DNA of 64,000 nucleotides from Candidatus Marinacidobacterium sp. (GTDB lineage: Bacteria > Acidobacteriota > Vicinamibacteria > Marinacidobacterales > Marinacidobacteraceae). The stretch covers positions 2,464,001 through 2,528,000 of the forward strand of contig OZ242011.1 in the NCBI GenBank assembly GCA_965204755.1, read 5' to 3'. Position 1 is the stretch's first letter. Every line of letters starts with the position of its first letter. Below, piece after piece: positions 44,201 through 52,358 of the stretch. Position numbers and translations under genes: made by a program. The notes below the pieces were generated by a model, which ran no database searches, had not been told where the DNA came from, and was given only the letters and a program-made list of their open reading frames with translations.

Positions 44201-44246
44201 CGACGAACAATCCCTCTACCTCCACCGCTGCGCCGCCGCCCGCTGA
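41229..44246 (+). CDS. DUF5107 domain + TPR repeat protein
   Basis: YPYTMQD, LENEYL...PEIGGRI, GAWVSGGIEWN, PGKKGWTWG, GPYIEVQSG, followed by TPR helices; start ATG 41229. Confidence 0.85.
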   Translation: MPPTLLRFPFASPAAAALVLAALAAPAAAQDEPERVRVREGELTLPTYDLLPDDPNPQFRETDGSIVYPYTMQDNLGSERRPRVWRAFFLENEYLEVACLPEIGGRIQWVLDKRRNEQMFYDNRVIRPGLIALRGAWVSGGIEWNRGPQGHTVTSYSPVNVTGVENADGSATLVIGEVEQTFRTGWEVRLTLRPGVARLDEAIRLFNPTPLPHPYYFWNNTAFPQRPGTRFIYPMSLASDHFGTTFYRWPENDGVDLTRLPNYPEPTSIFAYRSVADFFGAYDSGTDRGIVQTADHRELPGKKGWTWGQGDDGAVNQRALTDEDGPYIEVQSGPLPTQSDYAWLHPGQTVSWEEQWTPVFGLGEGFEYATQDLVVERVSGAGGNRFLFLASRALPGAAITLGSGDAAETRRADLTPESVFAFSTAEGGSGFSARPGEPVEVEVSWRGETVLAYRSPLRVPVEEPPPLPEPVEPATAEAAFAAGERADKALDRAAARDFYERALAFAPDHADAAVASAVLDLKAARFEEAADRLAAVAEADPEHGRARFLHGVARFQLDDFPGALDSAMLATRLAGVEAVAWRLAGRARMRLGEPRRAAAAFARAETAGDRPRSAELRHFALFAAGDREAAAAWADERIAAGTIRLAPWALRLLTADDAERRAAAARSLSALAGEPDYAVTELLTGLASLDLADSALDLLESLRAEGFAPSPTLWFHAAAWADTPDDRDRFLDQALDAPLEHVFPSRPESLPVLRAAADRRPAAAAPRLLLGHLLGALGRYEEAAVAWEAAAHLDPGLSTAHRSLAMFHWKIEDRPAAAERRFRLARAARPDDQTLARDLARLLLASGRPAAAAEALAPFRSGVRRRHDVTIELARALNATGRFDETVAMLDAAEVNFREGDATIWRLFSEAHIELGRRALAESDPAAALTHFDRALTYPESLGVGRPHRPAEARARWFRAEALRALGRDSDAAAALAACSEGHEFPAGPFADEQSLYLHRCAAAR

Positions 44247-44368
44247 CCTCCGGCCGCGCCGGCCCCGCGGAGCGCGGACGGATCCGGAGCGGTTCATCTC
44301 TTCTGCTGCCGGGCCGAAGATCGATGACTCTCCGCTGTCCGAGCCCTTTTTTGCTACCGGGATGCAAT

Positions 44369-44411
44369 GGGTGAAATAATCTACGCATTCACTTTGCGTT
44401 ATTATTAGCCC
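44369..44411. promoter_or_regulatory. AT-rich imperfect inverted repeat (probable promoter/operator) upstream of the AlbA_2 gene
   Basis: GGGTGAAATAATCTACGCA...TGCGTTATTATTAGCCC immediately before ATG 44412. Confidence 0.5.
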
Positions 44412-46145
44412 ATGGCGCGGGAACTGGAACTCACTCCGATCATCGCTCGCCTGGACGGAAGTCCGGCCGACGCGCTTGAGTTCGATCACTTGGAATTCAA
44501 GTCGTGGGCGCCCGCCCCCGACGACCGGAAGCGGCGGGTCCGGGCCCTTCGCGAGTCCGTGGTCGCGATGGCGAACGCCAGCGGCGGAACGATCGTCCTC
44601 GGAGTGGCCGACCGCAAGAGCACGCGAGCCGAGGCGATCCACGGCGTCGGCGATCTCGACGGCGATCTCCTTCGCCGCGACATCTACGACGGCACCGACC
44701 CTCACATCCTCGTGGACCTGGAGTCGCTGGAGGTGCCGGAAGGGCGCTTGCTCGCATTGCGAGTGCCTCGCGGCATCCCGCCCCACACCACGACGGACGG
44801 CGTAGCGAGGATTCGGGTCGGCAAGGAGTCCAAACCACTCACGGGTTCGCACCTGGCGCTTCTCGCGTCCACCCGCGCCGGTCTCGACTCGACGGCGCAG
44901 TTGGTGAAGGACGCTGAATTCGCGGATCTTGATCTCGCCCAACTCAACCGCCTACGGGAGGAGATCTCAGCGAACGAGAGCGACTCTGGCCTCGTCCGCC
45001 TGTCCGATCGGCGCTTGCTCGAGGCGCTGGGCTTGGCCGACGGAAGCGACCTGACACTCGCCGCCATCCTGCTGTTCGGGAAGCCGACGGCCCTCGCCCG
45101 GTTCGCGCCGACCCACGATTTCATCTTCGTTCGGCGGGCCGACGACACGCGCTACGAGGCCCGACGAGACCTCCGCGCGCCGCTCCTGCAGACCCTCGAC
45201 GAGGTGGCGGAACTCATCCGGAACCACACCGGACTGACCACGGTTTCGGTGAGCGGGCTTCGGGACCTGGAGATTCGGGATGTCGGCCCTTGGGTCGCGC
45301 GGGAAGCCATCCTCAACGCGGTCACGCACCGCGACTATTTCCCCCGGCAGTCCGTTCTCGTTTCGCTGTATCCGGATCGGCTGGAGGTCACGAGTCCGGG
45401 CGGTTTTCCGGGAGGGGTCACCGCGGAGAATGTGATCCGCCATCCACCCGTTCGCCGGAACAGCCTGTTGGCGAATGTCTTTCGGGATATCGGACTCGTG
45501 GACCGCGTCGGGCAGGGCGTGGACCGCATCTACACCGAGTTGCTCCGAGCCGGAAAACCCCGCCCTTACTACGGCGGCGCCTCGGATTTCGTGCGACTGA
45601 CTCTGCCGACGCGGACCGATCCCGAAATCGTTCGGTTCCTCGACTCGGAAGATCGGCGCGGCAGCCGCTTCGGCCTCGATGACCTGCTCGTGTTCGATGC
45701 CCTGAGGGAAACCGAGGAGATCGATCGCTGGTCGGGGGCAAAAATCCTTCAGACCGACGACACCGAGGCGGCGCGCCGACTCGCCTCTCTTCGCCGGGAC
45801 GGTCATCTCGTAGCGCGCGGAAGGGGCCGCGGGACGAAGTATCGACTCGCCGAGACGCTCCGCAGCGTCTTCGCGCGGACTCTCTTCGAGCGGCCGGCAG
45901 CCGAAGAGGACGAGCGGCGGCGTGTCCTGTCGGTGCTGGCCCGGGGTGACCGGTTGACGAACGCCCAAGTGAGACGCCTGATTGCCGGCTCACGCAACAG
46001 CGCCTTGCTGATGATGCGAACGCTCTGCCGGGAGGGGTTCGCCGTGATGGAGGGAACGCGCGGCGGCGCCTACTACATCGCCGGTCCGAATCTCACGGTC
46101 GAGCCGGACGAGCGCCATCGATCCGGGAACCGACGCTCGGCGTGA
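44412..46145 (+). CDS. AlbA_2 (Schlafen-like) + HATPase_c_4 + winged-HTH protein
   Basis: LEFKSW, VAMANASGGTIVLGVAD; REAILNAVTHRDY, SPGGF, RNSLLANVF, GQGVDRI; C-terminal GRGRGTKY HTH. Confidence 0.88.
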   Translation: MARELELTPIIARLDGSPADALEFDHLEFKSWAPAPDDRKRRVRALRESVVAMANASGGTIVLGVADRKSTRAEAIHGVGDLDGDLLRRDIYDGTDPHILVDLESLEVPEGRLLALRVPRGIPPHTTTDGVARIRVGKESKPLTGSHLALLASTRAGLDSTAQLVKDAEFADLDLAQLNRLREEISANESDSGLVRLSDRRLLEALGLADGSDLTLAAILLFGKPTALARFAPTHDFIFVRRADDTRYEARRDLRAPLLQTLDEVAELIRNHTGLTTVSVSGLRDLEIRDVGPWVAREAILNAVTHRDYFPRQSVLVSLYPDRLEVTSPGGFPGGVTAENVIRHPPVRRNSLLANVFRDIGLVDRVGQGVDRIYTELLRAGKPRPYYGGASDFVRLTLPTRTDPEIVRFLDSEDRRGSRFGLDDLLVFDALRETEEIDRWSGAKILQTDDTEAARRLASLRRDGHLVARGRGRGTKYRLAETLRSVFARTLFERPAAEEDERRRVLSVLARGDRLTNAQVRRLIAGSRNSALLMMRTLCREGFAVMEGTRGGAYYIAGPNLTVEPDERHRSGNRRSA

Positions 46146-46193
46146 GCGTCGGCGGGTAACGCTGCCTCCGCGGAGTGCGGCCCTCGGCCGCCC

Positions 46194-47456
46194 TCAGCGC
46201 GGGAGCAGGCGGACCGGGTAGTGCTTGATGCCGCGGATGAAGTTGGAGCGGAGGCGCGCCGGCGGCCCGAGCGGCTCCACCGCGCGCACCTGCCGCAGCA
46301 ACTCCTCGAGGGTGACCCGGACTTCCAGCCGGGCGAGCCAGGCGCCGAGGCAGAAGTGGCGTCCGGCGCCGAAGGCGAGGTGCGGGTTCGGTTCGCGCCG
46401 CAGGTCGAGGCGGTCCGGCTCGGGGAAGACCTCGGGATCGCGGTTGGCGGCGATGTACCAGAGCACCGCCCGATCGCCCGGCCGCATCCTCGCTCCTTCG
46501 AAGTCCAACTCGCGGGTGACCGTCCGCCGGAAATGCATGGTCACCGAGGTCCAGCGCAGGATCTCCTCGACTGCCGATTCGACGAATGCCCGATCCTCCC
46601 GGCCTGCTTCGAGTTCCCGGAGCGCGGCCGGATGTTCCAGCAGCGCCTCGAGACCCACCGACAGCGTGTGGCGCGTCGTTTCGTTCCCGGCCACGATCAG
46701 CAGGAGGAAGAAGTTCTGGAACTCCAACTCGGAGAGCGGCCGGTCGCCGGTCTCGGCCGAGAGCATCCCGGAGAGCACATCGTCGGTGGGGCGGCGAAGC
46801 CGCTCCGCCCGCGCCCGCTTCGCGTACTCGAACACCGACCGCGCCGCCGGACTGCGAAACGGCAGCAGCCGGAACGCCTCGGTGTCCTCCCGGTCCACCA
46901 CGGCGAGCGAGTACTCCGGGTCGGCGTTGGAAATGAGCGCGTCGCCCCACTCCACGAGTCGGCCGGCGTCTTCTTCGGGAACGCCGAGGATCCGGCAGAG
47001 CATCCGGATCGGCAACTCGCGCGCCACCTCTTCCACGAAGTCCACTTCGCCCTGCTCCACCGCCTGGCGGACGACTCCCTCCGCCAGCGCGCGCACCGCT
47101 TCCTCTCGTTCGGCGATGGCCCGGCGCGAAAAGCCCGCCCCCACCAGCCGCCGGAGCCGCGCGTGCTCCGCCCCGTCGTACTCCATCATCGTCCGGCGCG
47201 CCTCGAGTTCTTCCTCGTCCAACTGCTCCAGGCGGATCCCGGAGGCGCAGGAGAAATCCCGCGGCGTCGTCCCGGCGCGGAACACCTGCGCGTGGCGGGT
47301 CAGCGCCCAGAATCCCTCCCCGTCCGCCTCCTCGACCCACGCCGGGCTCCCTTCCGCCCGCATCCGGGCGAAGAGCGCCCACGGCACGCCCTGCGTGTAG
47401 GTGTCGTGGGAGACGATGGCGCCGTACGCCGCCGCCTCCCGGTCCATCGCGCCCAT
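46194..47456 (-). CDS. Cytochrome P450 (CYP125/142-like)
   Basis: AGNETT, EEILRW, HFRRT, PHLAFGAGRHFCLG, RLRSNFIRGIK. Confidence 0.93.
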   Translation of the reverse strand: MGAMDREAAAYGAIVSHDTYTQGVPWALFARMRAEGSPAWVEEADGEGFWALTRHAQVFRAGTTPRDFSCASGIRLEQLDEEELEARRTMMEYDGAEHARLRRLVGAGFSRRAIAEREEAVRALAEGVVRQAVEQGEVDFVEEVARELPIRMLCRILGVPEEDAGRLVEWGDALISNADPEYSLAVVDREDTEAFRLLPFRSPAARSVFEYAKRARAERLRRPTDDVLSGMLSAETGDRPLSELEFQNFFLLLIVAGNETTRHTLSVGLEALLEHPAALRELEAGREDRAFVESAVEEILRWTSVTMHFRRTVTRELDFEGARMRPGDRAVLWYIAANRDPEVFPEPDRLDLRREPNPHLAFGAGRHFCLGAWLARLEVRVTLEELLRQVRAVEPLGPPARLRSNFIRGIKHYPVRLLPR

Positions 47457-47499
47457 CGTTCGCCGGCAGTGGATGGTACGCGCGGGCTGCTAATCTCGC

Positions 47500-48273
47500 G
47501 TGCTCGCCGTGCGGCCGCCGAGCAAGATCCTGTGCGTCCACCTCAACTACCGCAGCCGCGTCGAAGAGTTCGGCGCCCGGCTGCCGGCCGCGCCGACCTA
47601 CTTCATGAAGCCGCCCAGCGCGCTCCTCGGCGACGGTGAGCCGGTGGTGCGCCCCCCGGGTTGCCGCTACCTCAATTTCGAGGGGGAGATCGTGGCCGTG
47701 ATCGGGCCGCCGGACGGGGCGCCGCCCCCGGGCTGGCGCTGCCGGAACATCGAGCCGGAGGACGCCGGGCGCTTCATCCACGGTTACACGGTCGGCAACG
47801 ACTTCGGCCTCCACGACTTCCGGGACACCGACGCCGGCTCGATGCTCCGCGTGAAAGGCGCCGACACCCTCTGTCCCGTTCTCGACGCCGCCGGCGCCCC
47901 CTGGGATTTCCGCGGCCGGACGATCCGTACTTCGGTGAACGGCGAAGTCCGCCAATCCGGCTCCACGGACGAGATGCGCTGGGACCCCCACTACCTGGTG
48001 GCCGATCTCTCCCGCACCCACACCCTGCTCCCCGGCGACTTGGTGTTCACGGGAACCCCCGCCGGCTCCCGCCCGGTCGAGCCCGGCGACGAAGTGGTCG
48101 TGGAGGTGGAGGGCCTCGGTCGCCTCCGCAACCCGGTCGTCGAGACCGGGCCGCCCCTCCCGTCCGGCTACGGCGCCCAGCCCACCGACTCCGAGGAAGT
48201 GCGTTCCACCGCCTTCGGCGGCGACTGGGAATTCCGCGGCGCGCGGCCCCCGCGGAAGGACTCCGCCCGATGA
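47500..48273 (+). CDS. Fumarylacetoacetate hydrolase family protein
   Basis: SKILCVHLNY, YFMKPPS, NFEGEI, GYTVGND, KGADT, PGDLVFTGTP. Confidence 0.92.
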   Translation: MLAVRPPSKILCVHLNYRSRVEEFGARLPAAPTYFMKPPSALLGDGEPVVRPPGCRYLNFEGEIVAVIGPPDGAPPPGWRCRNIEPEDAGRFIHGYTVGNDFGLHDFRDTDAGSMLRVKGADTLCPVLDAAGAPWDFRGRTIRTSVNGEVRQSGSTDEMRWDPHYLVADLSRTHTLLPGDLVFTGTPAGSRPVEPGDEVVVEVEGLGRLRNPVVETGPPLPSGYGAQPTDSEEVRSTAFGGDWEFRGARPPRKDSAR

Positions 48274-49064
48274 GCGCGAACGCCGCCCGCCCCCGGATCG
48301 GCCTCACCTCCTGGAAGCGCCCGGTGAAGACCCAGGTCGGCGACCCGGAGCAACTCTTCACCCTCGCCGAGGAGTATGTGGACGCCGTCCGGCGCGCCGG
48401 CGGCCTCCCGGTGATCCTGCCCCCGGCGCCGCTGGCCGCCGCCGCCGAAGCGATGGCCATGCTCGACGGCCTGATCCTGACCGGAGGCGGCGACATCGCC
48501 CCTGCCGCTTACGCGGCCCGGGACGAAGGCGTCAGCCTCGATGTGGACCCGGCCGAGGACGCCTGGGACATCGCCCTGGTCGCCGCCGCCCGGGACGCCG
48601 GGAAACCCTTCTTCGGCATCTGCCGAGGAATGCAGGTCCTGAATGTGGCCTTGGGGGGCACGCTCCGGCAGGACATCTGCGGCACCGAGACCCACCCGCC
48701 GATCTCCGAGGTCCCCGCCGAGGCGGTGGGTTTCCGCCACCCGGTCGCGATCTACCCCGGCACCCGCCTGCACCGCTTGCTAGACGCCTCCGAACTCTCG
48801 GTGAACAGCATCCACCACCAGGCGGTGGCGCAGCTCGGCGACGGACTGCGCCCCGCCGCCGAAGCCCCGGACGGCACCGTGGAGGCCCTGGAGTACGACG
48901 ACTCCCGAAACGGCGCTTCGTGGTCGGCGCTCGCCGTCCAGTGGCACCCGGAACGCCTCCCCGAAGGCCCCGACCAACGCCTCTTCGACGACCTCCTCGA
49001 ACGCGCGGCCCGCGCGTCCGTGGCTCGCGGCATCGGCATGGCGCTGCCGGGAGCCACGCCATAG
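48270..49064 (+). CDS. Gamma-glutamyl-gamma-aminobutyrate hydrolase family protein (peptidase C26, PuuD-like)
   Basis: GLILTGGGD, GICRGMQVLNVALGGTL, VNSIHHQA, VQWHPE; ATG 48270 overlaps the upstream stop. Confidence 0.92.
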   Translation: MSANAARPRIGLTSWKRPVKTQVGDPEQLFTLAEEYVDAVRRAGGLPVILPPAPLAAAAEAMAMLDGLILTGGGDIAPAAYAARDEGVSLDVDPAEDAWDIALVAAARDAGKPFFGICRGMQVLNVALGGTLRQDICGTETHPPISEVPAEAVGFRHPVAIYPGTRLHRLLDASELSVNSIHHQAVAQLGDGLRPAAEAPDGTVEALEYDDSRNGASWSALAVQWHPERLPEGPDQRLFDDLLERAARASVARGIGMALPGATP

Positions 49065-49075
49065 ACTTGGCTGGG

Positions 49076-49336
49076 ATGTTCGATATTCGCCGGGGCCCCA
49101 TACCGACTTGGCATCTCTTCCTGCGCGGAATGGGCAGCCTGATGGAGATCTGGCCGCCGCCGGGTCGTCTCACGGAACTGGTTCCGGAAGAGACCCCGGC
49201 GGAGGCGTTCGGGGCTTACCGGGCGGAGATCGAGGATTGCCTCCGGGAGGCTTTCGGGCAGTGGGAAATGGCGCCGCCGACAGATGAGGACGAGGGGGTC
49301 GAAGCCCCGCCGGCAGATCGCCGAGAATCCGTCTGA
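49076..49336 (+). CDS. Small hypothetical protein upstream of the DUF2335 gene
   Basis: MFDIRRGPIPTWHLFLRGMGSLMEIWP...; lower GC; TAGACT -10-like hexamer at about 49062. Confidence 0.5.
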   Translation: MFDIRRGPIPTWHLFLRGMGSLMEIWPPPGRLTELVPEETPAEAFGAYRAEIEDCLREAFGQWEMAPPTDEDEGVEAPPADRRESV

Positions 49337-49381
49337 CGCCGCGCGTCCGCCCGCTGCGGCCGCCGCCGGGGAGCGCTCGGC

Positions 49382-49771
49382 CGCCTCCCTGACCCAACGC
49401 GGACACTGATTCGGGTTCAGGCGCCTCTGCCTCCGTCGCAAGTACGCCGCGGTTACGAGGAGGTCGTCCCCGGCGCCGGCGAGCGCATTCTCGCCATGGC
49501 GGAACGGGCGCAGTCGGACGCCCACTCCGCTCGCCGGTTCGGTCTCGAACACGCCGATCGCTACCTGCGCCGCGGCCAGTTCTTCGGGTTCTTCGCCTCC
49601 TTGGTCGCCTTCGCCGTCGTCGGTTTCGCGGCCTACCACGGGCGGGAGGTGGTCGCCTCCATCGTCGGTGGATCCACTGTTGTCGGCTTGGTCATCGCCT
49701 TCGTCGCAACCGGCCGCAACGGATCATCCGCCGCGCCCGGAGCGCCGGACCCGACCGATGACCTCACCTGA
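49382..49771 (+). CDS. DUF2335-family membrane protein, 5' end possibly frameshifted
   Basis: APLPPS..RGYEEVVPGAGERILAMAE..Q followed by RGQFFG and two TM helices; the motif lies upstream of the first in-frame ATG (49496). Confidence 0.7.
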   Translation, partial: RLPDPTRTLIRVQAPLPPSQVRRGYEEVVPGAGERILAMAERAQSDAHSARRFGLEHADRYLRRGQFFGFFASLVAFAVVGFAAYHGREVVASIVGGSTVVGLVIAFVATGRNGSSAAPGAPDPTDDLT

Positions 49772-49871
49772 CCGCCGCCGCCGCGCGTCGTGAGCAGCAG
49801 GCGAAGGCCGCCGCCGGCGATGCATCCATCGCCGGCGCCCGCCGTCCCGCCGCTCGGGAACCTCGACCGGT

Positions 49872-50291
49872 TCAGTCCTCGTCGGGGACCAGGCGGCCCG
49901 CCGTATGCGCCGCGAGGCGCGCGGATTCCCGGGCGCGGTCGGCGTCCGGTTTCGCGTAGTAGTCCGAGGGCGTGAGGTCGTCGCCGCCGTAGAAGGCGAG
50001 TTCCCGGTCCTTGCGGAGTTCGCGGGACGCCTCCATGAGTCGGGCCAGGGTTTCGCTGTCGAGACCCGGCGGGAGTCGTTCCCGGTGTTCGGCGAGCACC
50101 GGGGATACATCGTGGACCCGCGGCGGCGCGATTCCAGCCGCGTAGAGGAGCCCCTTCAGCGCGAGTTCGACGACCTCCTGCGACTCCCGGACGACATCGG
50201 CCCAACTCCCGGCTTCGTGGAGCGCGTCCAACGCCGCGAGGCGCGCGAGCGCCCGGCGCCGGTGGTCGGCGGCGAGCGCCCGGTTGCGCAC
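49872..50291 (-). CDS. HEPN domain protein
   Basis: VVRESQEVVELALKGLL, PRVHDV, RKDRELAFYG. Confidence 0.88.
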   Translation of the reverse strand: MRNRALAADHRRRALARLAALDALHEAGSWADVVRESQEVVELALKGLLYAAGIAPPRVHDVSPVLAEHRERLPPGLDSETLARLMEASRELRKDRELAFYGGDDLTPSDYYAKPDADRARESARLAAHTAGRLVPDED

Positions 50292-50292
50292 C

Positions 50293-50877
50293 TCAGCCGG
50301 CGACCCAGTACGGCTGTCCGTGCGCGGTCCGCCGCCTCCACCGCCCCTCCGCCGCCGCCCGCCGCACGGCGGTCAGCGCCTCGGACACCCGCCCGTTGCG
50401 CTCGAAGACGACGACGCCCTCCAACGCCGCCTCCCCCCAGAGGACGCTCGGCGAGTCCTCGGCGGGGAGGTGGACGAAGTGCGGATCCACTTCCGGGCCC
50501 CGGGCGGCCCGCCCGACCGCGGCGTCCCAGCGCCGGCGCAGGCCGCGCGTGATCGGCGTCGCGTCTTCGACCGCGAACAGCACATCGAGGTCGGAGTCGG
50601 CGCGCGCGTCGCCCCGGACCCGGGACCCGAACAGCACGACGCCCACCAGCGCCTCGGCCAGGACCTCTTCTCCCCGGGCCGGGAGGTCGGCCGGCGCTTC
50701 GGCGAAGGCCCGGCCGGCGGCCCCGAGCGCCAAGCGCCGCGCGCAGTACTCGTTGAAGGACAGCCCCGCCTCCCGGGCTTCGGCATCGAGTCGCCGGTGC
50801 AGCCCCGGCGGGGCGCGCAGCAGGAATCGTCCCGACTTGGCGGCCGGCGCTTCCGGCGCGGTCTCCGACATTCCCAT
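50293..50877 (-). CDS. HicB-like RHH + minimal nucleotidyltransferase (MNT) fusion
   Basis: SGRFLLRAPPGLHRRL..EA...GLSFNEYC (HicB-like) fused to LFGSRVRGDA..DSDLDVL; C-terminal HGQPYW. Confidence 0.88.
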   Translation of the reverse strand: MGMSETAPEAPAAKSGRFLLRAPPGLHRRLDAEAREAGLSFNEYCARRLALGAAGRAFAEAPADLPARGEEVLAEALVGVVLFGSRVRGDARADSDLDVLFAVEDATPITRGLRRRWDAAVGRAARGPEVDPHFVHLPAEDSPSVLWGEAALEGVVVFERNGRVSEALTAVRRAAAEGRWRRRTAHGQPYWVAG

Positions 50878-50879
50878 AG

Positions 50880-50909
50880 CGATATCAATACGAAGTGAAA
50901 ATGATATCA
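50880..50909. promoter_or_regulatory. Paired GATATC-core palindromes, probable autoregulatory operator of MNT-HEPN
   Basis: CGATATCA (50880-50887) and TGATATCA (50902-50909) in an AT-rich patch directly before the MNT start. Confidence 0.65.
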
Positions 50910-52199
50910 CCCGCCGCGCGGCGAGCGCCCGGGGATCGCGCGGCGCTCCTCGTCCTCGCGTCGGCTTCCCGGCGCCCGCGGGGCACCGCCCGCCCGCGCC
51001 CGGGCGCCCGGCGTGGCCGGCGCCGGAGAGTCGGAGCGGGAGACCGCGGCGGCGAGTTCGCGGAGGCCGATGGCCTCGACGCCCGGCGAGAGGGGAAACC
51101 GGGCGTCGCCCGGATACACGAGGAACGCCCGTTCCGGGGAGAGGTCGGCGGCGGCGGAGCGGAACCCGCGCGACAGCCGCGGCGCCGCTCCGCGCTTCAC
51201 CTCGATCGCCCAGGGCCGCGGCCGCCCCGGCAGTTCCAGCACCAGGTCGCATTCGGCGCCGTGCGAGGTCCGGTAGAACGATGCCGCGGTTCCCCTCGGC
51301 GCGGCCGCGATCAGGTTCTCGATCACGAAACCTTCCCAACTGCCGCCCACGACCGGGTGCCCGAGCAGCGCCGGGTACTCGCCGATCCCCAGGAGCGCGT
51401 GCGCCAGGCCGCTGTCGCGGATATAGACCTTCGGACTCTTGACCAACCGCTTCCCGAGGTTGGCGGCGCAGGGCGGCAGCCGCCGCACGAAGAGCAGGTC
51501 CACGAGGAGGCCGAGGTAGCGGTTCACGGTGCGGGTGTCCATGCCGAGGCCCGCCGCGATCGCGGCGCCGCTCCAGAGCCCGCCCTGCCGGTGCGCCAGC
51601 ATCGTCCAGAGCCGGCGCATCTTCTCGTGGGCGACGAAGACGCCGAACTGCGGCAGGTCGCGCGCGAGGATCGAGGTGAGAAAGTCCTCCCGCCACTCGA
51701 GGCTTGTGGGGTCGTCCTTCGCGAGGAAACTCTCCGGCAGGCCCCCGCGCAGCCAGAGGACTCGCTCGGCTTCCCCGTCCCGGGCCGCTTCGAGCACATC
51801 GAACGGCCCCAGTTCCAGCGGGGCGAGGCGGCCGGCCAGACTCCGGGTCTGGCGGAGCAGCGAGGCCGAGGCGGACCCGAGCAGCAGGTAGCGTCCGGTT
51901 CGCCGCCCGCTCCGCCGCCCCCGGTCTATGGCGCCGCGGAGTTCACCGAAGATCTCCGGCGCCTGGCGCACCTCGTCGAGCACGACCAGCCGATCCCGGT
52001 GGAAGTCGAGGAACTCCTGGGGCTCGGCGACCTGCGCCCGGTCGCGGGCGTTTTCCAGGTCGAGATAGACGGAGTCGCGCGCCGCCGAGATCGCCAGGGC
52101 GAGCGTGGTCTTGCCGGTCTGGCGGAGGCCGACCAGTCCTACGGCCGGCTGCCGCGAGAGAGCCGCCTCGACCGCGGAGGCGAGCCGACGAGAAATCAT
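50907..52199 (-). CDS. AAA_14 ATPase + DUF4143 protein
   Basis: GLRQTGKTT, LDEV, LLGSAS, LAGR, RGGLPE, KRLVKSPKVYIRDSGL, WEGFV, ECDLV, IEVK. Confidence 0.9.
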   Translation of the reverse strand: MISRRLASAVEAALSRQPAVGLVGLRQTGKTTLALAISAARDSVYLDLENARDRAQVAEPQEFLDFHRDRLVVLDEVRQAPEIFGELRGAIDRGRRSGRRTGRYLLLGSASASLLRQTRSLAGRLAPLELGPFDVLEAARDGEAERVLWLRGGLPESFLAKDDPTSLEWREDFLTSILARDLPQFGVFVAHEKMRRLWTMLAHRQGGLWSGAAIAAGLGMDTRTVNRYLGLLVDLLFVRRLPPCAANLGKRLVKSPKVYIRDSGLAHALLGIGEYPALLGHPVVGGSWEGFVIENLIAAAPRGTAASFYRTSHGAECDLVLELPGRPRPWAIEVKRGAAPRLSRGFRSAAADLSPERAFLVYPGDARFPLSPGVEAIGLRELAAAVSRSDSPAPATPGARARAGGAPRAPGSRREDEERRAIPGRSPRGG

Positions 52200-52237
52200 C
52201 CGTGTAAATCATACATAACGATGTAGATATTTCACGG
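52200..52237. promoter_or_regulatory. AT-rich imperfect inverted repeat upstream of the AAA_14-DUF4143 gene
   Basis: CCGTGTAAATCATACAT aacg ATGTAGATATTTCACGG abutting the start codon. Confidence 0.55.
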
Positions 52238-52358
52238 TTGCCAAACCCGACGATGCGGTCGCGCTCGGCGGAGGCGCGCCGCCTCGACCGTGTGCGCGGT
52301 CCGTCCTCCGGCCGGCGCCGGGCGGCCCGCGGTCAGCGGCGGCGCCGCGGCGCCCGGC

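Noticed and set aside
47457-47499. Leaderless divergent promoters between the P450 and FAH genes
   Set aside because: The TAATCT hexamer is only 3 nt from the GTG, too close; support is insufficient
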